Shown: piece after piece, positions 1 to 13,137 of the stretch
Layout: each line of letters starts with the position of its first letter
Numbering within the stretch: the first letter of the stretch is position 1
DNA from: Octopus bimaculoides
Taxonomy: Eukaryota
Assembly: GCF_001194135.2 (NCBI RefSeq)
Contig: NC_068992.1
Coordinates: forward strand, 12,664,796 to 12,728,795
Direction: 5' to 3'
Length of the DNA stretch: 64,000 bases
Program-made: the position numbers and the translations under genes
Notes under the pieces: model-generated
Databases searched by the model: none
The model's input: the letters and a program-made list of their open reading frames with translations, nothing else
What the model was told of the DNA's origin: nothing

Positions 1-194
1 TGGGTATGTGCGTGTGTGTGTATGTTACATATGTGAGTGTATGTATAAATGTATGTAGGTAGGTAGGGAGGTAGGGAGGTAAGTAGGCAGGAGGTAGGTA
101 GGTATTGCTGTAAATAGTGTGAAATGTTTTGACAAGTCTTTGGACATAAAATTAATTTATTCTCACGTAAATACGAGCAGAGAAAATTAGAGTG

Positions 195-325
195 TGAGGA
201 ATGCTAAATTAAAGCACCACAACTGGTACTGTATTTTTATCAAATTATGGAAGACAAATTTGACCTTAAGTGGATTTGAACTGATTCTTGACCCAAAACA
301 AAACGAGCTGTAATTCAGCATCGTA
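195..325 (-). mobile_element. SINE family C remnant
   Basis: CAACTGGTACTGTATTTTTATC...TGACCTTAAGTGGATTTGAACT resembles the family C core. Confidence 0.45.
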
Positions 326-442
326 ATCAAAAGGAGATTTAGCTTCAATCCTCATAATTCTGTAGGTCCTACTCAGAGGATAATATTGAATCTTTGAATG
401 GTGATAGTTTGAAACAAACGATATTTAAAAGAACATGTTAAG

Positions 443-484
443 CGTAATTAGAATTACGTAATTAGAATTGCGTAATGAGAATGC
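443..484. repeat. Three copies of a 14-bp tandem repeat, CGTAATTAGAATT(A/G)
   Basis: Read directly; the third copy is degenerate. Confidence 0.85.
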
Positions 485-1676
485 TGGTAAAACGCATAAT
501 CTACAGTAAATTTGGCGAAAGTTCTATTAATTCTTACCGACGGTTGAGATTGAAACGTGGAAGTAAAACAATTAAAATATACCGTCACCCTTTCTCCAAA
601 CTTCCCCTGGAAAAAATTCCGGATTATTTAGCCATTGTTTAGATTGAAGATGAAACGAGCTTTGGAACATTGTGCTAGAAACATTTAAAAGCATGTGTTT
701 ATATCCTTAGACATATGCCATCTACGAACGTTTGCAGGGCGTGCAAGTTGTGAGTATAAATGGGAGTTTTAATCTTCTAAAACTTAAATTACTTCTTTTG
801 TATCGAAACTACAAAGGTTTTTCTACTCTCTTTTAACGGTACCTGTTTATAAAAAGAAAGTAAGTCATACATAAAACGTTTCGCCATGCATAATCTGTAA
901 CTCTTGTCATCCCTGTAAACGTTAAACATTCGAAAATTGCACCAGATACTATCCTTTAACCTACCTCAACAAAAGGGTTATTTCGTGAAATGGTCTCCAT
1001 TCCACCACTTCCTACATTAATTTAACAAATATGGATTTAAATTAACCATTACAAAGAAGAGTTTTATGGCTTATAGAATCTTCTCACATTTTCAATAAAG
1101 TAAAGAATGATAAAAGCAAATATTTTGTTGACAAGAACAAAAAGAATCCTGGCAAAATTATAAATTTGGGAATCTTCCAAGTTAAATATTCACTGGTACG
1201 TTTTGCAAGACACTTGAGTTATTTGACCACTAAACAAAATTGATATACTTGAAACCCATGCACTAATTGGTTCTCTGCCTTGAAAAGTATTACTAAATAG
1301 CATCTAAGGAAGTTGTCATAGATAAATTGTGAACCATGTTGCCAAAAGGTCAGTAAAAATATATTCATTTCTTCGTCTTTAGCCTTTACTTGTTCACTTC
1401 TTTTCTTGTCAGTTTGCTCTTTGTACTTTCACTTTCATTTTCTAGAAACATGCGATGAATTCAGACTGTTATTCTAAATTATGTGTGTGTCATTGATGGA
1501 AATTAAGGCAAGCTTGTTTGGTGGCACTTCCAATAAATTTTATTGAACCGAGAGTTTGAGTTCATTAGTTAGCTCTCCATCAATCTTTCAGTACATCAGT
1601 ACGCTGATTAATCGATGCGAAATTATATGAAATCGCCTCGGCTACAATCAGTGTCAGCTTCAAGCAGATAACATTT

Positions 1677-1747
1677 TCAACTTTTATCAGGAAACAGCAC
1701 GTTGTTCTTCGTATATTTCTTATTGTTCGCAAGTCTTCTTCTTATGT
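1677..1747 (-). CDS. Candidate terminal coding exon: IRRRLANNKKYTKNNVLFPDKS-stop
   Basis: Strong acceptor AGTTCTTTTTTCTGTAG, phase 1 start, TGA at 1679-1677. AATAAA on the minus strand at 1543-1538. Confidence 0.4.
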
Positions 1748-1866
1748 CTACAGAAAAAAGAACTAAGTTGTAATACAGTCGTATTCGCAAGTACATGTTC
1801 ACGTACATAATACATGTGCACCAATATTTATGCATATGCATGTATATGTACCTATATATGTGTCTG

Positions 1867-1900
<34 letters not shown>

Positions 1901-2343
1901 TTCGAAGTATAGAATACAATTTTTATCCGTAAAATGTATTCATACAAACATTATAGAATTTACATACAAACACAAGCATATATATACTCATACACATCTA
2001 TGTATGGAGGCATGTATACACATATGTGTGTGTGCGCTCGTAGGTGTACTAGTGTAAACCCTTCTTAAGAATAACAACTTAGTATAGAATTTTATGAACA
2101 CCAATTGATTGCATTACGTGTCTGTCTGCGTGTGTGTGTGTGCACGAACGTTTATGTATGTATACATTTATCGATGTATACAGAAGACTTTGTCGGCAAT
2201 AGCGGACGATACATCTGTACAATTGTATGCAGTCCATGGCAAGAATTTGCGAGAACGAATAGTCGTTGCTCTAGTATGCTACTCTCCATTGCCATGCATG
2301 GGTAACCATGAATTAAGTTTACATTGTTGTAATAAAGTAAATA

Positions 2344-2713
2344 AGCGTAGCTGTGTGGTAAGAAGCTTGCTTCCCAACCACATAGTTCCGAGTTCAGTTC
2401 CACTGCATGACACCTTGGGCAAGTGTCGTCTTCTATAGCCTCGGGCCGACCAAAGGCTTGTGAGTGGATTTGACAGACGGAAACTGAAAAGAAACCTATC
2501 CTATATGTATATGTACAAATATGAATATATTTGTGTCTTTGTTTCTCCCCACCCACCACCACTACCACCACCACCATCACCATCGCTTTACAACTGGTGT
2601 TGGTGTGTTCACGGCCCCGTAAGTTAGCTGTTCGGCAAAAGAAAACGATAGAGTAATAATATGTTTACAAGGAATAAGCCCTAGGGACAATTTATTCGAC
2701 TAAAGGTGGTGCT
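2344..2713 (+). mobile_element. SINE family B (head GCTGTGTGGTAAGAAGCTTGCTTCCCAACCAC, CACCTTGGGCAAGTG core-like block); runs into a gap
   Basis: Degenerate tRNA-like head and an internal microsatellite. Homologous to copies at 14.2-14.55, 24.5, 26.9 and 55.4 kb. Confidence 0.8.
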
Positions 2714-3427
2714 NNNNNNNNNNNNNNNNNNNNNNNNNNNNNNNNNNNNNNNNNNNNNNNNNNNNNNNNNNNNNNNNNNNNNNNNNNNNNNNNNNNNNNN
2801 NNNNNNNNNNNNNNNNNNNNNNNNNNNNNNNNNNNNNNNNNNNNNNNNNNNNNNNNNNNNNNNNNNNNNNNNNNNNNNNNNNNNNNNNNNNNNNNNNNNN
2901 NNNNNNNNNNNNNNNNNNNNNNNNNNNNNNNNNNNNNNNNNNNNNNNNNNNNNNNNNNNNNNNNNNNNNNNNNNNNNNNNNNNNNNNNNNNNNNNNNNNN
3001 NNNNNNNNNNNNNNNNNNNNNNNNNNNNNNNNNNNNNNNNNNNNNNNNNNNNNNNNNNNNNNNNNNNNNNNNNNNNNNNNNNNNNNNNNNNNNNNNNNNN
3101 NNNNNNNNNNNNNNNNNNNNNNNNNNNNNNNNNNNNNNNNNNNNNNNNNNNNNNNNNNNNNNNNNNNNNNNNNNNNNNNNNNNNNNNNNNNNNNNNNNNN
3201 NNNNNNNNNNNNNNNNNNNNNNNNNNNNNNNNNNNNNNNNNNNNNNNNNNNNNNNNNNNNNNNNNNNNNNNNNNNNNNNNNNNNNNNNNNNNNNNNNNNN
3301 NNNNNNNNNNNNNNNNNNNNNNNNNNNNNNNNNNNNNNNNNNNNNNNNNNNNNNNNNNNNNNNNNNNNNNNNNNNNNNNNNNNNNNNNNNNNNNNNNNNN
3401 NNNNNNNNNNNNNNNNNNNNNNNNNNN

Positions 3428-3466
<39 letters not shown>

Positions 3467-3613
3467 GTCGCTTTCAGTTAAATAATATATATATATACAC
3501 ACACATATATACATATACATATTATCTATATCTACCGATATAATAATTGTGTCTAAGCGTCCTTCCTGGGTTTAACATATCCACATGTTTACTTCGTTTT
3601 CAACTTATAAATA

Positions 3614-3671
<58 letters not shown>

Positions 3672-4873
3672 CGTATGTTTGTGTGTTTGCATGTGCATGT
3701 CTGAGTGTTCGTATGTATTTGCATGTTGTCTACGTATAACATACTAGACATAATTACAAACCTGTACAAACTGGAAGCGTTCACTAGTTTTACTGAAAAG
3801 CTATTTAACAGAAAATATTCATTAACATGTGCTCCGTAAACCCAGGCTTTATCTAGAAAATCATATAGAATGTGACCACAGAAAACAATTGTCCTCCGTA
3901 CGAGCGTCATTTTATTTTTTTCTTCGATCTGAATAGTCTAAGAATCCAACCAATCAATCGCCATTTGTTAACAAGTACATGTAATGATGCATCATTACTT
4001 TTGTAGATTTCCATGTCACGAATGGACTACACAGTGATCCTCTGTATGCCGACTGCCGATGGTGACCGATGGTAAAGTTTGATATCGTTTCAAAGATTGC
4101 AATACTAGATGCAACTGTCTGACTGCTACTTTTTAAAATGCCATGCATTTACTTTTGTATTTTCAAGTCGGTACCAAGCTCACGTCGAAGGACTTGGCAG
4201 GATCAAACATTATTCTCTGAGTCATAAGGTCTCTCATGGTTCGGTGTGTAATGGCTATTGTGTGGAATGGCTCTCGTCTCTGAGACAAATTTAATGCATA
4301 TGGCTTACATTATTTATATAAATTCATTTAATTTCTTGCATTCAGTGACATTTAATCCAAATTTGCTCCGAGCTCTCTTTTTCAATTAATTTTCAGTCAG
4401 TCTTGCAGAAATACCTACTTGATAGGATTTGAGTGATACCTCAGTGGAATGCAACTTAAATTAGTTTTGGACGATACATTATTAATGCTATTATGTCATG
4501 GTCTGTGACATCTTTCGGCGATTACTACACGTTGTCGATAGGAACCACTGTAGTGGTGAAATACTGATCAGCAACTGTACGTGGTTGGCAAACGTACTCT
4601 TTACTATACGAACATCGCTTTCAGGAGCTGAAGCAGAGATTCTTGATTCCGCTTCGGGCTGTCTGTTATTGGGGAAATTCAGGGCACAAATCAGAAGCCC
4701 ATTAATCCATTGATCTAGTCCTCTTAGTAGTTCTAGCATTTCAAGGCTTTCCACAAATTTACCATCACGATTTATGGAGTAATACGCATATCTTAAATGA
4801 TTTCTTTTATTTCCGACATATGTTGCGAAGATTACAAATGGTTCCTTCCAAAGGAATAAGTGATTTTGATAAC

Positions 4874-5071
4874 GATGTAATCTTCTTTGCAGGGAAATAC
4901 ATAAGAGCCAACTTAACCGTAAGACATTTTAACCGAATGTGATAATTGTGGGTAGAGAAGATCGCTACCTATCTTATTTGAAAAATAACTCTAACCACAG
5001 TTTTCCCGTTCTGTTAAAATGTCTTACGGTTAAGGTGGCTCTTATGTATTTCCCGAAGAGAAGATTACATC
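4874..5071. mobile_element. Fold-back (MITE-like) element with about 60-bp near-perfect arms extendable to about 84 bp
   Basis: 4874-4933 is the reverse complement of 5013-5071 with about 5 differences; CTTAACCGTAAGACATTTTAAC is exact. Confidence 0.8.
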
Positions 5072-5084
5072 TTAATCAACAGCA

Positions 5085-5167
5085 CTGCTCCTACTACCAC
5101 TACTACTACTACTAATGATAATAATAATGATAATAATAATGATAATAATAATGATGATAATGATAAT

Positions 5168-5199
<32 letters not shown>

Positions 5200-5200
5200 T

Positions 5201-5255
<55 letters not shown>
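5085..5255. repeat. Compound trinucleotide microsatellite (TAC)(TAA/TGA)(CAG)(TAG)
   Basis: Read directly from the sequence. Confidence 0.95.
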
Positions 5256-5256
<1 letters not shown>

Positions 5257-6473
5257 CCAATAACATTATTATTGTTTAAAAATAAGATTACTCAACGCTA
5301 ATAATAATATTATTGCTGTTAGTACTACGACTACTACTATTACTATTAATACTACAACTACTACTACTAGTAGTCGTAATTCTGGTGCTACTATTACTAC
5401 TACCACTCCTACTACTCGTCTTATTATTATTTACTATCATCATCATCATCGGCGTCATATGGTTTTATATAGGCCAGAACACATAAATAGATGTTAGACA
5501 TTGGTAAAGCAATCGCATACATTTTGCCAGGTTTTAAGTATTTGCTTAATTGTATTCATTCAGTTAATTTTCTTTGTATGAACTGTTGTCGGTGTGTGTG
5601 TATGTATGTATATATATATATATATATATNNNNNNNNNNNNNNNNNNNNNNNNNNNNNNNNNNNNNNNNNNNNNNNNNNNNNNNNNNNNNNNNNNNNNNN
5701 NNNNNNNNNNNNNNNNNNNNNNNNNNNNNNNNNNNNNNNNNNNNNNNNNNNNNNNNNNNNNNNNNNNNNNNNNNNNNNNNNNNNNNNNNNNNNNNNNNNN
5801 NNNNNNNNNNNNNNNNNNNNNNNNNNNNNNNNNNNNNNNNNNNNNNNNNNNNNNNNNNNNNNNNNNNNNNNNNNNNNNNNNNNNNNNNNNNNNNNNNNNN
5901 NNNNNNNNNNNNNNNNNNNNNNNNNNNNNNNNNNNNNNNNNNNNNNNNNNNNNNNNNNNNNNNNNNNNNNNNNNNNNNNNNNNNNNNNNNNNNNNNNNNN
6001 NNNNNNNNNNNNNNNNNNNNNNNNNNNNNNNNNNNNNNNNNNNNNNNNNNNNNNNNNNNNNNNNNNNNNNNNNNNNNNNNNNNNNNNNNNNNNNNNNNNN
6101 NNNNNNNNNNNNNNNNNNNNNNNNNNNNNNNNNNNNNNNNNNNNNNNNNNNNNNNNNNNNNNNNNNNNNNNNNNNNNNNNNNNNNNNNNNNNNNNNNNNN
6201 NNNNNNNNNNNNNNNNNNNNNNNNNNNNNNNNNNNNNNNNNNNNNNNNNNNNNNNNNNNNNNNNNNNNNNNNNNNNNNNNNNNNNNNNNNNNNNCTTAGC
6301 TATAGATTATTTATTAGTCATTTTTTATCGTTCTCCAGCTATATTTAATTATTGTTTTCTGTATGATGATTTTGTTGATTACATTTATCTTTCTCATACA
6401 TATCTATTATTATTATTATTATTATTATTATTATCAATAATATTATCATTATTATCATTTTTATTATTATTAC

Positions 6474-6510
<37 letters not shown>

Positions 6511-7690
6511 TAACATACATTAGTTTTGTTGTCGGTGGTTTTATTATTGGTGATTTTATTACATATACTTTCTTCTATCTTTCATTTTCTTCTTGTTTGC
6601 TGTTAGATCTTCATTATTAAGCCATTGATTATTTTTTCTTTTTTTTTTGTTATAATTTACCATTGTAAAATTGTACTTGTGAAGTCCATATTCATGGCAG
6701 CATCAGAACTCATACGTCTCGAACAATTCAAATATAACAATAAATATTGAAAATACAATCTCTTTCTATTTATTCAGGTCATATAACAACAAGGCAACTA
6801 GACAACGGTTGTTTTGAATGCCAAAGCCGATGTCACTTTTATGGTTACTTAATTCATTTTATAGCTAGTTCTAAGATTATTCTAAGATTGTTCTTTTGTC
6901 ATGTGAAAAGATTATGAAAGTTCGCAAGGCTGTAGAGAAAAAAAATCTGAAGATCATTTCAGAATATATCTGTAATAATGTAATTTTTTTAGACGATAAA
7001 TAGCATACAATAGAACAATAGGAAACAAAGAAACAAAGAAATGGAAAAATGAGAACAGGGAAGATACAAAGAGAAAATTACTGAAAAACATTCACACGTA
7101 TATACATATCATACATGAGTACGTCCAAACACTGAAACACACACACACACACACACTTGCGCACTCACAAATATATATATTCATAGATATACGGATAATA
7201 GATAAATAAATAAATATTGCATACGTACATAAACATTGCATATGGGTATATATATATATTTACTTACAAACGCTAGTAAATATAGGTATTGGTATGAAAG
7301 CAGGAATTACTCTAATACAATAATTCTGTCATTCTTTTATTGTAAGAATATCACATACTAGATGAAACTATTGTATGGCAGCGAAATAACTATTTTTTCA
7401 CCGATCTATCAATAATGATTTACTAGACTAAGCATATTATATTTTTAAAGAGTATGATATACAATCCGTTGGAGCAGACTGATCTTAGAGGTACACATTT
7501 CATCGGTCTTAAATCATAGTAATGTTGGTATCAAATTCCGTATTCAAACTTAATATTATATCTGTCACATTATTTGTTTACACAGTCTTTTAATACGATT
7601 TAAATGTGAAATACTATTTTATATGCTTATATATAATTATACTTATAATCAGATTGGAAACCCATACAGTCATACACACACACAAACACA

Positions 7691-7743
<53 letters not shown>

Positions 7744-7885
7744 ATNNNNNNNNNNNNNNNNNNNNNNNNNNNNNNNNNNNNNNNNNNNNNNNNNNNNNNN
7801 NNNNNNNNNNNNNNNNNNNNNNNNNNNNNNNNNNNNNNNNNNNNNNNNNNNNNNNNNNNNNNNNNNNNNNNNTATATATATATGC

Positions 7886-7916
<31 letters not shown>

Positions 7917-8412
7917 TTTATAAATGTGTATATACCTACATATGTATTTGCACAAGTATATATGCGCGCGCGTAGGTTGAAATTCGTTTCTGAAAGATGA
8001 GTTAATTTATTATGTGTCAACCTCACACGAACGAGAAGACAGTGTGTCCTGTTGATGGATTCAAACGTGGCTCGTTTTCGATCGTGGTAATACACCAGCC
8101 AGTTATTTCTTTTTTGAATACCACTTTATATGTTGCTTTCATATCAAAGGAATTTGCTTGAACTCAATTATATATATATATGCCGAGTATAAACCCATTA
8201 ATTTAATAACGAATAATTAAGAATTTACGGTTTGAAAACAACATATTCTTATTCAGCAGTAATGTTTCCTCTCTATAATATACTACTTTGCAATATCTAG
8301 TCTCACACTGAGACACATATGCATAAATCGATATATATACGTGCGTGTGTGCGTGTGTGTGTATCTGTGCGCGGGTGTCAGTGTGTATGCCTGTCCATAT
8401 ACACACATATGA

Positions 8413-8744
8413 AGGCGCATGGCTCAGTGGTTAGAGCGTCGAGTTTATGATCTTGAGGTTGTGAGTTCGAATCCCGGACCGTGCTGCGTGTTGTGTCTTG
8501 AGCAAGACACTTTATTTCACGTTGCTCCAGTTCACTCAGCTGTTGAAAATGAGTTGCGACGTCATATGTGCCAAGACGTATCTGTCTTTGCTTTTCCCTT
8601 GGATAACAATGGTGGCGTGGAGAGGGGAGGCCGATACGCATGGGCGACTGCTGGTCTTCCATAAACATCATTGCCCGGAATTATGCCTGGGAGGGTAACT
8701 TCCTAGGAGCAATCCCATGGTCAGTCATGACCGAAGGGTGTCTC
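8413..8744 (+). mobile_element. tRNA-derived SINE family A, full length
   Basis: Box A TGGCTCAGTGG and box B GTTCGAATCC, then TTGAGCAAGACACTTTATTTCACGTTGCTCCAGTTCACTCAGCTG. An inverted homolog lies at 12.9-13.1 kb. Confidence 0.85.
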
Positions 8745-11021
8745 AGCATACACACACACATGTGTATATATATATATATATAAGCGAGTGTTTGCGGGCG
8801 CTTGTATGAGTGTGTGGGTCCGCGTTTCTGGTCGTGTTAGGTCTGTGTGAGTGTTTAGGTGCGTCTGCATTTATAGGGACAGAGAAACAGTGTTTATCAT
8901 AATTCTATGGTGGTATATATTTTATTCTATTTACACAGATGTTTGAACATAAGACGTCATTTTGCTAAACAAAAATGTTGACGATAAAATTGTGTGAAAC
9001 AGAAATAATAAAAAGAAACAAAACAAAACATGCCTCTAGTGTGTTGTCAACTCTACTTATCTTATTCAGATCCCACGTGCCTTATTTTGCTATTTCGATA
9101 TTCTCTATTATATATGTGTTCATTTCTCTCTCGTCCTGTTTCGTTGTCCACATCTACTGAATGATACATCTCTGTATCGTGCTGTCATTAGAATCGAATG
9201 AATATTCTGCGACTTTTACTCGTTCGCTACGTATTTGAAGTGGCTTACCCATTTCCGAAATTATGCTGATTATTAATAGTCTGCTGTTGAAAAGATTTTC
9301 GTAAGATTATAATCGTGACGCAAACATATTTGAACGTCTGCATGGTGATAAATTGTAATATGCTTAAAATTAGAATTCAGAACATACTACAGCAAATGTA
9401 AAAATCTTAATCTTCTGTCTGAACATATTTTAGTTTTAACTATAAATATATCAAATAAAATTGTTATTGAATATGCAGTAAATTTCAGCGTATTTCTTAG
9501 GGAAATATGATTGCTCTTATGGTTGTATTTCCTAAACTTTTTCAACTGTATGTTTTCTACGGTGTGCAATATAGTCTCTATGCGTTTTTTTCCCATTTAG
9601 AAAATATAAAAATAGCAAAAATATTTTGTACCCACACTACTTGTAAAAGATAGTTGAAAAGTTTGCTGATTAGAAAATATTTATAGTAATTTTACAAATT
9701 AGAACCGCATTAAGAAAAAAAAACACATCGTAAAAAATATTGAAAAACTTTGAGATTAAAATGCTATTTTTTAAATATAAATTTCGTTTATTTGGTAAGC
9801 ATTGTCATACAACGTAATTTTAACGTTCTTCTCATATGTTACGTTGCAACAACTCTGACTCCGTCAACTTATTCGAAACAGCTCAACATTATCAGCATAT
9901 TTTCAACTAATTATCAAAAAATGTAGTAAATTTAAACTAGTAATTTTAGGTATTAGTAAGCCTCGAGCAGAAGCTGATATTCATACTGGTATTTCAATAT
10001 AAAATAAAATATCACTGAAAAACAGATTATTTAACTTTCAACTCTATAACTGATGTTGCTAAAAAAATGTTACATAAGATTCTAGACTATGCACTTATAT
10101 AGCGAGAAAGAAGATCGCCGTGTGTCCAATTAAAATATTTACGATTTTAATCATGTATGACGTAATGTGAAAGAGATATTTCTATTACTCATATCCGACA
10201 GATCGACATCGCTACATTATATTACAGGACGAGTAACAACTAGCCCAGTTCTGCATTTTACAGCAAACCAGGCTATATAAATAGAACTATCTAAATGTTA
10301 GTAGCACACAAAATTTGGCAACACATTTCAATAAGTCAGTGATGAAAATGCTTGAAGAAATTATGTTTTCACAGACGACACTCGGAATTTTAAATATCAA
10401 ATGACTTTATTTATATAAGAACACCAAACACTCTACCCATTTAACCTCGGAACCCTGCGTTTGGTTGGATAATTAAAGATAGACAAAGTATTATCAGATT
10501 ACATATCAGGATTTATATTTCGATTTTAAAACAAACCATGGCAGGGAATGACACTGTTATATTGAAACAAAATCTGTATAATTTTCTGTGGGATATTGTT
10601 TACAAGCCTCATGCATAAAGATATCTACCGTTTTTAATGTTGCTTAAACTTGCATGCATTTATTTCCATGATTAAAGTCCAATCAGATGCATACTTCATG
10701 AACTTGAAATGATTGGGCTTAATAGTGTTCTATGAGATAAATCCTGGTTTGTTTATTTCTTAAACTGTCATCGAGCAGCAATTACATGGTATGTAAATTT
10801 GGTCTTCTCATTTGTTTATAATGAAAACAATATCATGAATAAAGGTGTAAATCATTTCAAGAAACATGAAGGGATTTGGCTATGTGTTAATGCATATAAA
10901 AAAATTGATATATGTGTATGTTGAAGTGTAGTGAACCTGCTGCCAATCTACACCGATGTTATTTATTCTTATTTGTTTCTAAAATCATATTGCGTCTTGA
11001 AATTTAAACTATATGTATACA

Positions 11022-11079
<58 letters not shown>

Positions 11080-11115
11080 CGTATGTACATACATATATAT
11101 CTATATATCTATATC

Positions 11116-11186
<71 letters not shown>

Positions 11187-11275
11187 ATCGAACACCATGC
11201 ATCCTTTTCCAAGTAAGTTTTATCATAATAATTACTTTGCGCATTGTACTACTGTTTTTCTCTCCCACCCTTTCC

Positions 11276-11321
<46 letters not shown>

Positions 11322-11973
11322 NNNNNNNNNNNNNNNNNNNNNNNNNNNNNNNNNNNNNNNNNNNNNNNNNNNNNNNNNNNNNNNNNNNNNNNNNNNNNNN
11401 NNNNNNNNNNNNNNNNNNNNNNNNNNNNNNNNNNNNNNNNNNNNNNNNNNNNNNNNNNNNNNNNNNNNNNNNNNNNNNNNNNNNNNNNNNNNNNNNNNNN
11501 NNNNNNNNNNNNNNNNNNNNNNNNNNNNNNNNNNNNNNNNNNNNNNNNNNNNNNNNNNNNNNNNNNNNNNNNNNNNNNNNNNNNNNNNNNNNNNNNNNNN
11601 NNNNNNNNNNNNNNNNNNNNNNNNNNNNNNNNNNNNNNNNNNNNNNNNNNNNNNNNNNNNNNNNNNNNNNNNNNNNNNNNNNNNNNNNNNNNNNNNNNNN
11701 NNNNNNNNNNNNNNNNNNNNNNNNNNNNNNNNNNNNNNTTCTCATTGTGTTTAACGTTTTTGTGATGTCATGTATCCATATATATCATGTATGTATACAT
11801 ATAGATGTAGGTATGTACATATATGTATGGATATATGCATATATTTATATATTATTTATTTTATTATATGATCGAACACCACGCATCCTTTTCCAAGTAA
11901 GGTTTATCTGCACCCCCCCCCATATATATATATGTACATATGTATATATATATGATTGTATATATATAAATAC

Positions 11974-12012
<39 letters not shown>

Positions 12013-12594
12013 CAGCATCTTCTTTCATGTTGAATGATGTATGACGACGTTAATGAGAGATTTCTATTAGCCGTAGCATACAGACCGACATCGCTGCTTT
12101 ATATTAAAGTGTATATTATGCTTTACCGTGTGTAATACATAACACATGGAGAATTTTAACTGAGGCACCTCAATAAAGACCCGTGAACTCTCTCACGCTT
12201 ATCATGAAATAGAATATAATAAATTCCACAAGGCGCCATTTCCTGAAGTTGTATTTATATTTCCTTTTAAATTCATTTCTGTAGCTACTAATCAGATTTG
12301 CTGAATATATTTAGGGATATATTGAGGAATAAATAGAATATAGTTAGGAATTCTCAGAAAAAGTACTACATAAATTTAGATAATCTAAAGAAATTTCTTT
12401 GTCATTCTGTCCCCAATTTTATTGTACTGCAGATCTTGTACAATATATTCAGAAATTGATTTACTTTATTTCAGATTTTGTTCTTCTTTATGTTTATTTT
12501 ACTCAAATTATTTGACGTTCACTTTCATCATTTCCCAAGCTTTTTTCATCGTATCTATACTAAAAGTTACGAACTATCACAAAATTTGGATTAC

Positions 12595-12698
12595 CTCTTC
12601 TGTATTTTTGTATTCCAGAAATTGTGTGGCACATTCATTGTTCTTGTAATAGCAGGATATTTCGAAGTTTGGCAATAATTTATAGAAGTTATTCCAAG
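12595..12698 (-). CDS. Candidate exon: WNNFYKLLPNFEISCYYKNNECATQFLEYKNTEE
   Basis: Acceptor TTTATAAATTGTCCAG, donor GAG|GTAATC. 104 nt, phase 1 to 0. Linkage to the other exons is not established. Confidence 0.25.
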
Positions 12699-12819
12699 CT
12701 GGACAATTTATAAAGCTCCAAACCGTTGTCTGGTTTATTTCATGGCTCCAAGAATATTGTACTTTTAGTGATTGATTCATGTGTGGGACTAATATCATGG
12801 CACGCCATTTTGGATTACT

Positions 12820-13137
12820 CTCTCTTTTTACTCTTTTACTCGTTTCAGTCATTTTGACTGTGGCCATGCTGGAGCACCGCAAGTTGTTTATGGAAGGCAT
12901 GCAGTTGCCTGTTCTTACCAGTCTCCCCTCTCCACGCCACTGATGTAATCCAAGGGAAAAGTAAAAGCTGATACAGCTTGGCACTAGTGACGTTACAAAT
13001 CATTTCTACAGCTGAGTGAACTGGAGCAACATGAAATAAAGTGTCTCACTCAAGAATACAACATGCATTCCTGTCCGAGAATCGAACTCATCACTTAATG
13101 ATTGTAAACCCGACACTCTAACCACTGAGCCACGCAC
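12820..13137 (-). mobile_element. SINE family A body fused to a family B 3' tail (chimera)
   Basis: 13137-12881 aligns to 8413-8665. 12880-12820 reads GCGGTGCTCCAGCATGGCCACAGTCAAAATGACTGAAACGAGTAAAAGAG, the family B tail. Confidence 0.8.

Noticed and set aside
4893-4918. Apparent 26-nt plus-strand micro-exon with CTTTGCAG and GTAAGA sites
   Set aside because: It lies wholly within an arm of the fold-back element and is mirrored on the other strand.
4491-4935. Stop-free minus-strand frame of about 148 codons
   Set aside because: It is partly made of the fold-back element, has no convincing splice boundaries and shows no recognisable motif.
8413-8490. tRNA-like sequences with A and B boxes (also 25090-25164 and 40493-40580)
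   Set aside because: They are SINE heads continuing into SINE bodies, without a complete cloverleaf acceptor stem.
6677-9283. Chain 9283-9249 plus 6717-6677 linking the 12.6 kb exon to the 1.7 kb exon
   Set aside because: Phases fit, but it needs a rare GAG acceptor and gives no coherent motif; too many degrees of freedom.
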